From Podarcis bocagei (Eukaryota), in the NCBI GenBank assembly GCA_964188305.1, contig OZ076888.1: a DNA stretch of 64,000 nucleotides; one strand, given 5' to 3'. The translations under genes were made by a program, and so were the position numbers. Positions 12,376 through 26,871 of this stretch are shown here, piece after piece (the stretch's first letter is position 1; each line of letters begins with the position of its first letter). A model generated the notes under the pieces. The model ran no database searches. It was not told the origin of the DNA and saw nothing but the letters and a program-made list of their open reading frames with translations.

Positions 12376-13989
12376 GAATCTAGAGAGGCAGAGATTATGT
12401 CTATGAGGGAAGAAAATCCCTGTGGTCAGATATCAAGTCGAAGAATGAAGTCCTATGCCCTTTGGGAGGTTATATGGCTCCACCTTTCAATGGGTGAAGA
12501 GGGAAAATCCATCCTTGGAAGCCATCATAGAAGGAACACTGCTGTTCCCCTTTCAGAGTCAGAGAGCTGACAGCAGAGAGGCCATTTCAGGGGGAACTTA
12601 GAGTGGTATTTAACTAAGTCTTACTGAGAGTTAACCCCATTGAAATTAATGTCATTAAATTCAGTGGGTCTACTCTGAGCAAAAGTTAATTGACTACCGC
12701 CCTTTGGATCAGCTGCATCCAAAGCCCTTCCGTCCCCCTGACACATATCCATGATGGAGGGACAGGGGAGTCTTCTTTCCATCTTCTTCCCAACTTTCGC
12801 CCTGGCCACCATTAGACCAGCAGGGCTCAGGATTTCCTTCACCATGTATTCTACCTCCCCTGATTGGATTGCTCTGTAAATAAAATGTGTTTTAAATACT
12901 GTTTTCATCTATGAGTAATGAATTAAGTGATCGATTGGTGCCTGTAGCGCTAGAAATCTATTTTCTAAGTGCAATGGAGGTGAGCAAGTAAAATGAGCAT
13001 TATTTGTAAAAGGGATTTTCCAGAGCAGTTCAAAAATCCATAAACATCTCTACAGCAGAAACAATTCTGTGCAGCAATATTAGTATAACCTGGAGGCTCA
13101 AAGTAGCTCACATCAGAGGAAAAATAAAATAAGGATTTTAAATGGATTCTTATAGTTTCATTGTCTATCATTTCAAAAGTCCAAATTTAGTTCGTCTATG
13201 CTGGCATATCCATCGCCTTGCTAGAGCTACATATTTGTTATATATGTATCTTTCTCCTCCTCCATGATACGCAGCAGGCTTCAAGGTGGCATCAGATATA
13301 TGTGCTAGTCAGGCTCTAACATTAATGAATAAAGTAAATTTGGACAAGAAGCTCCTGACACAGCCTAGGGAACTCAGTGGGCCCAGACCCCTGTCTAGGA
13401 AGGCAGCGGTGAGGCCCTCACGGCAGTGCACCCACAGCTGAAGGAGAGGCAAAGTTGCATGAGGGAACAGGAATGTACCAAACCTGTCGCCCCTTCCACT
13501 TCTCCCCAAAGTGCCACCTGAGGTGACTGCCTCAGCAAAGCTAATGGTAGGGCTGGCCCGTCCTGGTGCCAAAGATGGCCTCCTCTATTCCCTTCAGTTT
13601 GGAATAGATAATATATTCGATCTGATTTCTTTTCCTTCTTCATTTTGCTTATTTTCCTGCTTGTCTACCTATTCAAAGAAGTTACCCATGTTGACGCCAG
13701 TGGAGTGTTGTTTACATTCTGTTCTCCACCTCTTTCTAACCAATTTGTCTCTCCCTGGGTAGACACTCCCATCTACTCTGCATCCAGTGCACTCCCACTT
13801 CTGGTTTGGGAAGCTGTGAACGTATGACGTTAATAACAATCAGCATCTATCCTGTATATATCTTGCCATTTTTAAAAAATGAAGTACTATATTTTGATGC
13901 ATTTCCCCCAAACCAGCTCTGATCCTAGTTGGGGGGGGGGAAATATAGCTGCATTTTAAGCAGATAACATGTGGACACCCTGAGCCCAG

Positions 13990-14277
13990 AGTCATTCCAT
14001 ACATTTGAAGCACTATGATATCACTTTAAACAGACACAGATTCCACCAAATAATTCTAAGAGCTGTAGTTTTGTTGAGGGTACTGAGAGCTCGTGTGAGG
14101 CTGCTTTTCCCCTCCCAGAGCTACAATTCCCAGAGTTCCCTCTTCACATGGAACTCTGGGAATTGTGGCCCTGGCAGGTTTCTTCTACAACACTTTGTCC
14201 ACCCCCCGCCCCAATCAAGCAGTGTATAAATATTATGAAATAAAATAAACAGTGCTTTAAATGAGGGTGTGGATGTT
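13990..14277. mobile_element. Palindromic MITE
   Basis: ccatacatttgaagcac...gtgctttaaatgagggtgtggatgt inverted ends. Same family as 15441-16316. Confidence 0.6.
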
Positions 14278-15440
14278 CCTTGAGTCCTCTCAGCTCCTAT
14301 TGGCCCTCCCTCCTCCTTATCTGGCACTCGGTTTGTCAGTCCTCAGCTCTCTTTCATGTCTTCTCCTCTTTCAACCCTCCTTCAACAGTTTCAAATAAAT
14401 GTCTATCAATCTAAACTGAATGTTACCTCTTTAATCATTCCATTTTGGTAATAGACTGCAGATTTGATTGCTCTAAAATCTGGCTTCTTGTTAATGCTCT
14501 CATTAGAAAACTGAGTTTTTGCCACTGTGCACCACAGCTCATGGCCAAAAAGCCATGCGTATGCTGTTCAGGTGCACTGCAAGACATGCAAGGTCCTAGC
14601 AGATGCTATGACCTTCTGTCTCCATTCCTCTTCGCTACCACTACCTGTGTCCATGTTTATGGCAGTTCCATTTACCACAGAAGATTTCCCTTTTCAGTTT
14701 GTCTTTTCGACAGACTGTAGTAGTTCAGTCCCAAAATGAAAAGGGTGAATTATCTCAACGAGTGCTTTTCTTCTTTGTTCTTCTTTTCTTACTTTTGTCC
14801 CTGTGATGATCTGCTGTTTTCCAATTATTCAGAAGGAATTGGGAAAGGGATGATAAATCACTGGAAATGACTACCCTCTCATGCACCTGTGTATAATTAG
14901 GAGGACGACAAATCAAGGGAGATGCCTGGAAGCAAAGTAGGGCGGCTGTTTTGATCTTTGTCTGGGTAGGTGGCTGTTTTGAAGATCTGTCACTCTAGAA
15001 ACCTTTCTACTGCTTTAGTAGGTTTAAGCCTGCTAATGAAAGAGAAAAGCAACTGCTTAGTGATTCTTACCCCCCACCCACCTCCATTCCTTCCCCTGGT
15101 CTAAAATGATCTATACATTTTCTTTTGAGGGAGATTGACCTAATGCCTTCTATGCAATACGTGATTTGTCTTATTTATTGTGCTACAATCCTAGGACACA
15201 CTTACCTAGGACCAAGTTCCATTGAATCCCATAGGGCTTCCTTCTAAGTAGACATGCTGAAGATTGCACTGTTGCTAAGCAATGAGTTTCATACCAGCGC
15301 ACCTGGTGGGACTTACTTCTAAGTAAACAGGATTAAAACCCAACTGGGCTTCCAAAAGCAATATTCTTGATTTCTCTTAACATTTGCTTTTAGGTGGTTG
15401 GTGGAAGCAGTTTTCCTTAAGTGGGTTTTCTTTATTCTAG

Positions 15441-16316
15441 TCACATCCACACCACACATTTATCATGCCACTTTTAAAAGCCATATCTTCCTCACAGAAA
15501 TCAGAGAAACTGCAGTTTTTTAGGGTTCAAAGACAGATAATGGAGTACCACACACCTGACTTGGTATTGTTACACATGAAGGGTGTGTTGGGTGAGAACT
15601 AAATAAGAAATAAATCACTGCTGAGGTGCCCCCACAATTGTCAGGTCTGGGGAGGTTGTACTGATGCTTCCCCAGTTGTTGCCATTGGCTGTAGACTGCT
15701 GCTTAATTCTGAGAGTTTTTCATTCACTCTGATGGGGGCTCTTTCCCACGGAAAACTGTGCAAAGCTCCACTTTTTGAATGTAGGGACACAGCCAATTCC
15801 TTTGTTAATTGCCCACACCTGAGTCAGATCTATTTTCTACCTCCGCACAAAGTCCTATCAAGTTCCTAGCCAAGTTCTCTATCTGCCTCGCACACACCCT
15901 GAGCAGAATTCAAAGTCTAAGCTTGAGGGAGCTGTCACAGTCTCTCCTTGCTTGTTGTCCATGTCTGCTGAGGCCTTTGGGCTGACCACAGGAGAAAATC
16001 CATCAGAGTTATCAAAGAACACCAGCTTTGGGCACCAAAGAGAGGAAGCGATGGAGGGGGGCTGGGAGCTAGGAACTGTAGTTTGTTAAGGGTGCTTAGG
16101 GTTGTTAGGAGACTCTTGTTACCTGCACAGAGCTACAATTTTCAGTTTCCTGTGAAGATGGGTTGACTGTTAAACAACTCTGTGAATTGTAGCTCTGTTA
16201 GAGGAATAGGGGTCTCCTAACAACTCTTAGCACCCTTAACAAACCACAGTTTCCAGGATTATTTGGGGCAAGCCCTGACTGTCAAAGTGCTTTAAATATA
16301 TGGTGTGGGTGTGGCC
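15441..16316. mobile_element. Palindromic MITE interrupted by an unclassified ~550-bp insert (~15525-16070)
   Basis: gtcacatccacaccacacattta ... taaatatatggtgtgggtgtggcc inverted ends, with an internal palindrome at 16071-16260. Confidence 0.6.
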
Positions 16317-16805
16317 TCGGATTTTAGGTTTTCTATTGCTATTTTAAAACTCTTGTGCATTATGCTGATAATTGTATTTCTTTGTTTTCATTGCACTGAT
16401 ATTTTGTAAGCTCCTTTGTGTTTCTTCATTAAAAAATGGTGGGTTATAGTAGTAGCTGTGTGTTTATTGCAAACCGCTACAGTCTGTTACACACTGGGGA
16501 GCTGATTTCCACAAAATAATTGCTATTACTAAGCTTAAACATAGCCAGTATTACTACCAGTTTTGAAACCAGACTATGTCACCCCCGAGAGGCATGTTGA
16601 TGACTTGCCTACATCGTACACCAGCAGCCAAATAATATGCATATTTGTTCATTAGTTGTGATTCTGAGTTCAATGTAACTAGGCATGATTGCAGTGTCTC
16701 TATTCAGGATTAAAAAGACACCCTAATCCACTCAGGCAACACTGTCCAGGTCTAGGGGTATGAAATGCGCCATTCATATTTGCCAGATTGAGCATTTAGT
16801 CCCTG

Positions 16806-17010
16806 GCAGGACCAGCCCACCCATGAGGCAAAGCTAGGCAACTGCCTCAGGTGGCAGGATCCACACGGGCAGCAGATCCCAATGTCAATATGTCTTTTCC
16901 CCTCCCTTATTTCTGATGTATATCTTGTCTTACCCTTTCTTCCCTGGTATGGAAGGAGGTGCCATTTTGGGTTCTGCCTCAGGTGCCAAAATGTCTTGGG
17001 TCAGCCCTAG
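16806..17010. mobile_element. Degenerate hAT-like MITE
   Basis: caggaccagccc...gggtcagcccta ends. The gaggca..tgcctcagg core is also seen at ~13370-13565 and ~44788-45080. Confidence 0.5.
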
Positions 17011-18278
17011 TTCCTGGTTGTTTCAGACTCAAACATTTGCTTCATCCAGAGGAACAAAGGTAGATGTGATTTGTGCATCCAAATCAGTAACAGATGTTTC
17101 GCTGTTGCATTGCTCTAATACAGCCCCATGAATAAGGGGAAAGACAAGGGTGTGCGTGTTCTTGTCTCAGAATGAAATCAGAGAAGTTAAGCTCTTCATC
17201 CCACAGAGTCTGTGTGAGCACAGCCTAACTTCAGTTTACAAAGGAAGGTACGACCGCAGCAGCAGCAGAGAAGATACAGGCATTTCAGAAGAAATCCACC
17301 CACTTTATAACTCTCCTCAATGATTAGGAAAACTTCATTGAGGTCATCCTGAAGTCTACTGCTTCTTGCCAATACAAATGTACGATTATTCTGTCTGTAC
17401 TTGAGAATCCTTTTAGTTGCCTTATGCTGCACCCTGTTGGGTATTATCAGCACTGCAGGCTACTTGTCAGATGTGATTGAAGAGGACATTATCAGCATAT
17501 CAGAAAAACACTTGAGTGCAGAGTTAAGGCACATGAGCAGGACGCTGAAAAAGCAAAAAGAAGAAACAAGCAAAATGGAGTAAAACTCACCTGCATTAGC
17601 TAACAAACAACAATAATTCCATGTTGCAATATGGAAAACAAAAAAACAGTGTTCTTCCGTAGCCACACTGTTCTCAGACAGGAGATTGTTGTTAAGGCCT
17701 ATTGGCTATACTGAGAAAAAATTATACAGTCTCTTAGATCTATAGTTCCATGTTTAGTAGAATGGGGTGCTCTCAAGTCTTGGCTTTCTTCTTCCCCACT
17801 AGTCCCTTGCACCATCTCCACCACCCAATGTGTGTGCTAAAGGGCAGATGGAGCCTCCTGAACAGTAAAGGAGGAAGGGCAATAGGCTGAGTGGGGAATC
17901 CACAAAATCCACTTTCCATTCACAAAAGATCCAAGCCCCTTCAGTGAGTGGAAAGACACTGTTGCCATTGTCTCCTGTCAAGTACTAATTGCGTGGATTT
18001 TAAGTGAAGAATACTTGATTTGCAGAATGCTCTTGTTACTGTGAAATGTCATTTTCACGTTTTCTACTTGTCACAGTTTTGAGATGGATATCCCTTTCCA
18101 TTTTTCGAATGAGTTCTACTCCCAGGTTGCACATAACAGTATGTGTCCTGCATTTTGTTCTGCACATTGTCAAGTGGTTTCTGAACAGAGACAGGATTTC
18201 ATTGTAAACATAATAACAACAACAACAGCAACAACAACAACAACACCTAGTCAACCCAGGGCTAGTTGAAATGTAAAA

Positions 18279-18470
18279 AGGCCATAGTTCAGTGATAGAT
18301 CACATGACTTGCATTCAAAAGTCCTAGGGTCAAGTCTGGGTTGTCTCCATTTAAAGTTGGGAAAGATCCCTCCCTGGTACCCTGGAGAACTGCTGCTGGT
18401 CAGTATTGAAAACACTGAGAGTGATGGTTCAGCAATCTGACTTGGTATAAGGCAACCTCCTATGTTCTTC
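18279..18470 (+). mobile_element. tRNA-derived SINE (Squam3-like)
   Basis: Degenerate tRNA head, ccctggagaactgctgctggtcagt body and ggtataaggcaacctcctatgttc tail. Confidence 0.75.
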
Positions 18471-20083
18471 ATATGATAGAGGGTCTACACCAGAGGTTCT
18501 CTCCCCTGTGTTGTTGGACTACAACTCATTGTCCCCAACAACCAGACATGTGTGTGGAAGTTGAAGTCCAACAGCATCTGGGGGGACCTTGTTGGCTATC
18601 CCTTGTCAACACCAAATAAAATGTTCAGGCACCTCAAATCTCTTTCCTCTACCAACTATCAGGATCATAGAGTGACAACTTCCAAAGACTCATCATGGAT
18701 GTGAATCTCTTGCTCCTCTGAATCTCATATATTTTATTGAAGAGCTCATACGCTTGGTTCTGCTCAGTGGTCAGATTCTCATAGGTTTTTTAACTCATTA
18801 ACGCAACTCTTCAAAAGTTTTGATTCTTTCTGTTGGCCAAGCATAGCACTTACTTCTCTTTCTAAAACCTGCCCCATATGAATGGAGGGGGAGGGTTCTC
18901 TGCAAGTTTTGAGACTCACAGTTAGAGATGGATGCATCTGCAAGTTTTGACTCTTCTCCATTTTTCGTTTTGCCAATCCTGTTGTGAATATGGGGACCTG
19001 AAACGTCTTTTTATACAGAGAGGATCAGAACCTAGGACATGGATCCAAGTGAAGAGTACACATAGATACTGAGAAACAGATCAGAATTTTTGAAAACACA
19101 GAGATACAGGACACCCCTAGTAGGGATGTATTTCAACTTTATCTCTTGGTATGTTTCTTCAAGATTCTCCTGACAGATTACTGAAAGAGAGAAAGATGTT
19201 GCACATCAAACACCATAGCAACAAGTATAAATTCTTTGTAGGTGGCACACAAAAAAGATTAAGAGAAAATGAAATATTCATATTCCTAACACTATGGTAA
19301 GAATGCTTTCGCTAACCCATCACAATTGTGCTCCATTGCATTTCTATGGCTCAGCCACTGTTTTGCTTGCATTTGTTTCTTTTTAAATAATTGCATACTT
19401 TCTTTCTCTCATAGCTGGTATTCAAGGCAACTTAACAAAATCTAATGAAAACGCAACAAAAAACTTAAAGGTTGTATTTAACAAAGTCATATTCAGTGTA
19501 CATCCATTGAGCTCAATGTACTTAAGTTGGTCATGATGACTAACAGCTAAAACAGCTATAAAACCATTAAAAATGCCATTCTACATAGTGTCAATGGCAA
19601 CAATAAAAGCAACTGCTAAAAATTTTCTCCCACAAGAGTCAGTGGTGGCTACCAATTTAGATGGTTTTATAAGTCAGTTGGACAATGTCCTGATCTGCTG
19701 GCCCAAAGGTGGGCTTGTGGGAGCGGTTTGAGGCAGGGATACCAAAGAAGGATGTCAAAGATGCCAGAATGGCCAGTTCTAGTTCTTTGTTAAAGAAAGG
19801 TCTAAACTTGCAATGCAGCACGCAGAGCCTCACTGCTTTTACAGATACTGGGTGGACTCCGCAACAGTAAGAGGTCTTCAAGCAAACATGTATATAGCCC
19901 TATGCACAAAGCAGCATATGTCCATTTCTCCAGTACCTCTCGTCACACTTGGCTGGTGTGACCATAGGTGACAGCTATCCAAAGCTTCTCCCATCTCTAG
20001 GCCTGGAGTCCAGCATCCCAAGCTCCATAGAGAAGCACAGCATCAAAGCAAGCCAAGTAGCATATATCAAAGCAAGGAAATAT

Positions 20084-20325
20084 AGAAGAGAGTTTGGATT
20101 TGATATCCCGCCTTTCACTCCCCTTCAGGAGTCTCAAAGCGGCTAACATTCTCCTTTCCCTTCCTCCCCCACAACAAACACTCTGTGAGGTGAGTGGGGC
20201 TGAGAGACTTCAGAGAAGTGTGACTGGCCCAAGGTCACCCAGCAGCTGCATGTGGAGGAGCGGAGACGCGAACCCGGTTCCCCAGATTACGAGACTACCG
20301 CTCTTAACCACTACACCACACTGGC
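20084..20325 (-). mobile_element. tRNA/CORE-type SINE (Squam2-like)
   Basis: Minus-strand head gccagtgtggtgtagtggttaagagcggtag and MIR-like core (gcccaaggtcacccagc). Near-identical to 55646-55951. Confidence 0.88.
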
Positions 20326-21441
20326 TCTCACATATATGAGTTCATTCTTGCAAGAACTACCAATTATTTCTGAAGTTACCTTGACTACTAAGATGGCATT
20401 TGCAGGCCTTCCAGAACATTTCACTTTGGTTCAATGCCAGCTTGCTCCATCTTCCATACAACAGCCCTTTAGATATTTGGAGGTGGCTATCATAGTCCCT
20501 CTGTGCATTCTTCCCCTGAGTTCTCAATTCATCTTTAGGAAGCACGTGGAAGAAAAACATTTACAATTGTCATTTGGGCATGTGCAACCTTTTTTTATAT
20601 GCAACTATATAAATACAGTCAAATGTAGCATGAGCAACTAAGCAATTATAGCTGTAATCAAGGTTATGCATGCATATGAATATCTGTCATTACTGGTTGT
20701 GATTTGATTCTTTTTTTAGGCTTCATCATTTATTTATATTTTAAAATGCAAATATTTATATGCATGCAAATTGCATAACCTTTCCTGAAATAAGAAACAG
20801 CATTTTTTTTATTAAAAAAACCCACTGAGTGATCAGCTCTATTTTGAGTTTAGAGAAAAACTTCCAAACAAGGGACAAAATGTTTTTAAGCAACCTGTCC
20901 TTGAAATCAATCTTTAAATAAATAATAGTATTTACTTAGTGCTTTTGCAAGGTGTCAAACATACCTAGGAAACCTGGGGCTTCTTTTTCTCTTAGAAGCA
21001 CACAATCTGAGCCAGAGACACGATTGCTAACAATATCTGACATTTCCTCTGTTACATAAACCACATGGCCAGGAATCAGAGTTCCTCTCCTATTACTAGC
21101 AAGTTTTCCTGCTACTATAGCATTCACTATAGTATGCCCTCTCTTCAAAACATCCCCCAAAAAGGCCATTCCACAACTTGAATGGTTCATGGCACAACCA
21201 TTAGTACAGTTTTTAAAACATTCTTACGTTTACTTCTAATACCCAATTGGCTGCACTTCAGTTTGAAGCCATTACCTCTCTCCATTTCCCAAGTGGGCTT
21301 CTTGTTATTTCTAACCTAAGTTCCTTTAAGACTCATTTTATGTTTTTAACCTTTCCAGTTTCAACCCAATGCAGTACTTACGTGCAGTGCTTTTACATTG
21401 CTTCCATATAGCCACAGTGAAAGAAATTCAGTGGCTCATCC

Positions 21442-22149
21442 TGTAGCCTTCTTAGACTTTATCAATTGGTAGGGTGAGCATTGCTCCCAGAGAGGGAGGG
21501 AGGGAGGAGTCAAAAGACACCAAGGTAGATTCAGAGAAAGAGTTCTTTATTTCTGCTCTCCGGAGTAGCAAAAAGGCACCTGCGTGGTCAGTTCACAGCA
21601 AGTCCGAAGAAAGAGAAATTTCACACAGTATATATATCCTCCAGGCACCCTCTCCCCCCTTCCCCAGGAATCCAGCCTCGTACATTCACGTAAGTTGACA
21701 TCCATGACCATAAACAGATGTTCCTGTACGTAAGTTGACACCCATGACCATAAACAGTTGTTCCTGTTCCTGTACTCTTATCTTGGGGTTAAGCTATAGG
21801 AGTTTCCCTTGACGCCATCTCTATCTCCAGCCATAGGGGCTGACAGACCCTGTCTTGCAGAGTCTGTGCGTCAGTGTGTCAGGATATTTACAACCTACAA
21901 GATAAGAAAAGCCCAACTCTGCCGTCCCGTCTCCACTTCGGAACTGACAAGGCCATCCATTAAGCGTCACGGACTGATGAAGGAGAGGGCTTTGTTTATA
22001 CAGCTGGGTTCCTGTTATACATTGGCTCAAGTGCTCAAGTTAATGCTTTTTAGCTAATGGACCCTTGGAGAAGGAAAAATGGGGATTTTGTGGCCCGTTT
22101 CAGACTGACTGCACAGTCAGGCTTTAGATTTAGGAAACCCATTCCTTCA
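21442..22149 (-). mobile_element. Solo LTR, ERV1-like
   Basis: Minus strand reads TGAAGG...GGCTACA. 4-bp TSD ATCC (21438-21441 / 22150-22153), TATATATA at ~21629-21637, AATAAA at ~21546-21551 and a 2x40-bp U3 repeat. Confidence 0.8.
21688..21767. repeat. Tandem 40-bp direct repeat inside LTR U3 (putative enhancer)
   Basis: acgtaagttgaca(t/c)ccatgaccataaacag(a/t)tgttcctgt occurs twice with 2 mismatches. Confidence 0.9.
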
Positions 22150-22403
22150 ATCCTACTCCACACCCTGGCAAATGCCAATCCAAGATTTTGTGGTTGTTTA
22201 TTCATTTCTTAAAGTTGCTTGCACCCTTCCTCCCAAATGAGCCCAGGGTGCAAGAGACAAGAGATCAAACTATTTAAAAAAATCTTTAAAGCAATGTCAA
22301 TACCAAGACCTTAGGTTAAAAGGCTTGTGGAAAGAGGAAGGCCAATGGCAGGCACCAAAAGGACCACAAAGCCAGCGCCTGTTGAATACTCAAGGCGAGG
22401 GGG

Positions 22404-22790
22404 TGTAAAGGATATAGGTTTAATGTGCATAAAATGTTATGTAGAGGTTTGCATGTGTGGAGAACTGTAGCATGTACAGAAGGTGCTTGTGCAGCTAATG
22501 TTTGAAGAAGTTGGAGTCCTTGTTTCAATGTTATGTCTGGATCTCTCTGCCAGTATATTGAAGTAGTAACTTGCTTATCTGAATTTCTCTCTGGGACCAG
22601 AGAGAGGTTAGTTTTGTGGCTATACTAACAAGTAAGAAATTAAAGAAAACTGGACTGCATTGCTAGTTGTTTAAGAGCAATGTGTTGATTTGTACTTACA
22701 ACAGTTTTGTAACAAGTTTAAAGACAATTTGCACTCTTTCTTGTGGTGGAAAGCTCTGCACAAGGCCCAGATTAAGGAATTCCGCTAATA
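22404..22790 (+). mobile_element. Possible solo LTR inserted in an old minus-strand L2 remnant (~22195-23010)
   Basis: TGTAAAG start, ATTAAA at ~22639 and an end GCTAATA. L2-like sequence resumes at aagggacggtgccacaacactaaaggcc. TSD is not clean. Confidence 0.35.
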
Positions 22791-25188
22791 GCGAGTTTTA
22801 AAGGGACGGTGCCACAACACTAAAGGCCTAATTTGTGCTTTGCGGATGTCTCACAATTTGGATTAGGAAGGGATAAAATCCCCCAGATCACCCCAATTCA
22901 TCTTATTATTCAGCCCCATCACAGAGCAGTTGCACACCCCTGGTACATACGTCCGTCTTACGTTCGTGCAAGAGAATGTGTGAATGTATGTGATTCCCTT
23001 GATACCTGGAGATACTGGCTTCTGTACCTACCACTCTCTGTATCTCAGCATGTGCTTGAACTTTGGCCGTCCCCCAAAGTTTCCCTCCCGCTCCTGAGTT
23101 TTGCCATTTTGCTTTTCAGAAGCAGTGTACATGAAACTAATTGTCAATAACATACAGATAACATCTGTGAAATCTTTGAAAGCAGGTATACATAACCTTC
23201 ATAGCTTTCCTGTCTGTCAGAAGAGCCAGCTATTCAAGATTTCTGTGCATGTACCTTGCCTCACTTTACAATCTGATGTTCCCTCCTCAGGTGAAGGGAG
23301 TCTAACAACCCTGTAAGAAAGATTTCAGTGTCAATTTGCCTTTTTTGTTGAGTCAAATCACAACATGATCAGTTCATCGGTTCTGCAGAGAGATACACTA
23401 AGACATTTTGCATAGTGATGGGAGTCTGGAGTTTCTCTATAATCAAATCTCATTTCTAGCAAACCAATCAGGACGAAAATCAAGCTGCAGAAAGCAGCAA
23501 ATGAGAGACTGTTATTGAGGCCAGAGATTATTTGGGGAATGTAAATGGCTTGTTCCTTATCTGTGCTATTTGTTCGTAGGTAGGAGAAAAGATAGCAAGA
23601 GAAAAGTTCATCAAATAAAAAAGGTAATTCACTTAGTAGCTGAACTAAGGGTAAGAGAAGCAAGCAAACATATTCTACCGGAGGATAGCATGTATGGAAA
23701 TTACACTGTAAATGTACATCTTGACAAATAATACTATCAAAGCCTTCTTGTAATAACACAGTCTTAGAGGGCTAAAAAGAGAATTGCAACAATGGGGGGG
23801 ATACTTCTGATAACAACAATGATGAGAACCATTGTTCTGCTTTAGGGCTCTATCAGAATGTTAAAAAACAGATTTTTATCTTTAGCATTAATATGAATCC
23901 AGTTCCAATAATACAATATCCCATTACAACATACCAGATCAAAGTAGCCATGGATCAGATAGATTAGGCTTTGGTATTTTGGAGAAAGAGCCACAAAGAT
24001 GTCTTATTCCCCCACAGATTATTGGGTTCTGCCATTTTGCGTAGCATCTGAAATGAAACTTGCTGTGTGTGTTTGACAGTTAGCTGCAAGGAAGTTGCAG
24101 GAAAATCCAAGGCTCTGGACACTTTCACATATGTGTGATGCATCTATCCAAAAACTGGTGTGAAATATTTATGGGCTGTCTTTTGTGTTCCTACCCTACT
24201 CCACATTCTTGGAGACCATTGGGGTACATGGAGACTGATGGAGTGTTCAAACAGTCCATACAGCACAGGGATGGTGAACTTGTGGCCTTGCAGGACTACT
24301 GCAACTTCCATCATCCATGACTATTGGATATGCTGGCTGAGGTTGATGGGAAACAACATCTGGAGGGCCACAGGTGCCACACCTCTGCCATATGGCAAGT
24401 TCTAAATACACTGGTTGAGGTTGTGATCCACCTGGCAACTGTGACAAGATACTAGTAGTACCTTGTTTCACAAAGGGTTGTAGTTAGGAGAAACACCAAG
24501 AACAGAAGCCATTTTCTGAGTTGTCCAGTTGGAGTCCAGTTCTTTTGTTGTCTCCTTTTATCATTAATAAAGGTTGCATCAACAAATATAACAGACCTCC
24601 ATCTCCCCAAAATCAATAGGGCTTAAGTGCATGTTTAATTGCATCTGTAAAGTGTCTGGATTATGCCCAAGTGGTCCATATTTTTAGATGCAAAGTAAAT
24701 GGTATTCCTTTGGTGATTTTTCTGGATGGACTCCATTGTCTGAAAAAGTCATATAAGCATCGCTTCTGCGGTAGAAAGACAGAGACTGATGATGGTCATA
24801 AATATGATGAATTGATCTGTAATTAGAAGTCTGTGAAAGCTTATAAGGAGGCAACAAATGTGTCACTGTTGATTCACAGCTGAAAATGTATATTGCCTCG
24901 GCACCATTTACTACAGTACAAAGAAGTAATTAAACATAGGTTTTGGCCTACCATAAAACCTTGCCCCAAAGCAGATGTTTTAGCAACTGATGAGTTTGAC
25001 TTTTTGTATATACCACACTGGATATAGCTCTATTTCATACTGCAATGAGTTTTGAAGAACCCAAAAATTATTTTTCAGCACAAGTTCTTCTCAGGTAAAG
25101 TAGCACAACTTTCATTTACCAATCACCTTTCATATAAATTTCTAGGAGATATATAATCATGCCATAAAAAGAGTTCAAAATACAAATG

Positions 25189-25189
<1 letters not shown>

Positions 25190-25220
<31 letters not shown>
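25190..25220. repeat. (CA)n microsatellite
   Basis: Seen directly. Confidence 0.95.
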
Positions 25221-25224
<4 letters not shown>

Positions 25225-26871
25225 AACAAACATATAGTGCTATGCAAGGAGTAAACCAGTTTGGAGCTCTCTAAACATCTCAACAGCCAAGTAGCAAAGT
25301 GGGGTACTTGCTGACAGAAGCTCTATTCAGGCATTTGACCTGATCATATTTTAAGATTCCTTCACTTAACATGGCTTCTGGGCACATGCAAACATGCATC
25401 AAAAGAGATGTTGTAGTTTCCTCTCCCACAGTGTGATCCAACCTCCCTCCCTCTTTCACTATCAGTTTCCCAGAACGTGATACTGGAGAAACAATTTCTC
25501 TGACCAGAAGTGATCAATGTGCTTCCAGAGTGCAGAGACTGCTGTTTTCCTATGGGTTTGCCTGCATCCCACCCATATTACATATTAGTGAACAAATTTG
25601 GTGCCACCAGCTTTAGCATAGTATGACATGAGGTTAGCCATTAACAGGAGTCTCTGGTGGGGAAGGGTCCCTGCGGGTACCTGGCACCCCAGCTGTGGCA
25701 TCATTGCTGCTTCCTGGAAGGGGCAGGGTGGTGAGGAGTTTGGTGCTGTGTGGGTGCAGCAGCAGAAGAACCAGAATGGCTCCCTGTCACCTCATCCCTC
25801 TCCTTCCCAGTAAGCAGCATTGATGTCACTCCCAGGAGGTCTTGTGTGCAATGGCATCCCTCCCCACTGGCCACACCTGGCATTAATTTATCTGGTATGA
25901 GGACTACCCACCCATCTGAAGGGCGATTGGCATGAACACATAGCAATCAACAAGAATGGGTGGTGAGAACTCAGGAGAGGTCCTTCTCCACTGTAGCCCC
26001 CAAATGTCACTTGCTCCCTCCATATTGGCCCTTCTTCATAAGTCTCATGTCCTATGGAGAGCATGGTCTCATTTGCTTGCCTTCAGTTTAATTGTCTTTT
26101 TGTCCCTGGCTGTGAGTTTTTAAACACCTTACTTTTTAAAATGTGGATAAAATTACACTCTGCTCTATTTTATGTTCCTTCGGTTTCTCATACAGATGTT
26201 GAAAGTTGGTATTCACAGTCGAAGAACATTTTTCTTAAGATTCATTTCCTAAAAGAAAAGTTCCTAAAAGCAAAACTTACATTATCAATCATTTTATAAA
26301 TAATTGTGCATAAATTGAAAGAACAAGCATTCCATTTATTTCCTTTTTAAATAATATATAATGCTTTAAACCAACCAGCAGATATAGATATATATATATA
26401 TACCAGCAAATAAAATCATTTAAAGAGGACCATTAAATGAATGTAGTAAAGGCACAATATATGGCAGTCTTTATTTCTGCCTTTATTGGCGTCAGTTTAG
26501 ATGATCCACTGCTATAGTGAGCCATTTAACTACCAAAGTTTTTTGAGAGTCTTTGTTTCCCATTATTTTTTTATACCATGGCAAATAACTAGCTGCTGTC
26601 TATTTCCAGAGGAATGGAAACCAAACGATACAGCCTTGACAACCATCTGCTATTTCTTGACGAATGATGAAGACAAGCATAATATTAATAGAACAGTGGG
26701 CTGGCTTGGAAACATCCTCACTATACTCAATGCCAAGGCTATGGACAGCATTGATTGGCTAGCGCCTGTAATATCACTAATCCACCTCCTCTTCACCCAA
26801 ACAAGAATAGTCATATTTTGGGTGGGAACTGAAATATATATATATATATATATATGGATAGACAGATATAT

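Noticed and set aside
17196-17583. Signal-peptide-like 60-aa ORF at 17401-17583
   Set aside because: It has a non-ATG start. The opposite strand (RVQHKATKRI..RLQDDLNEVFLII) looks like an ancient CR1-clade ORF2 remnant, too weak to call either way.
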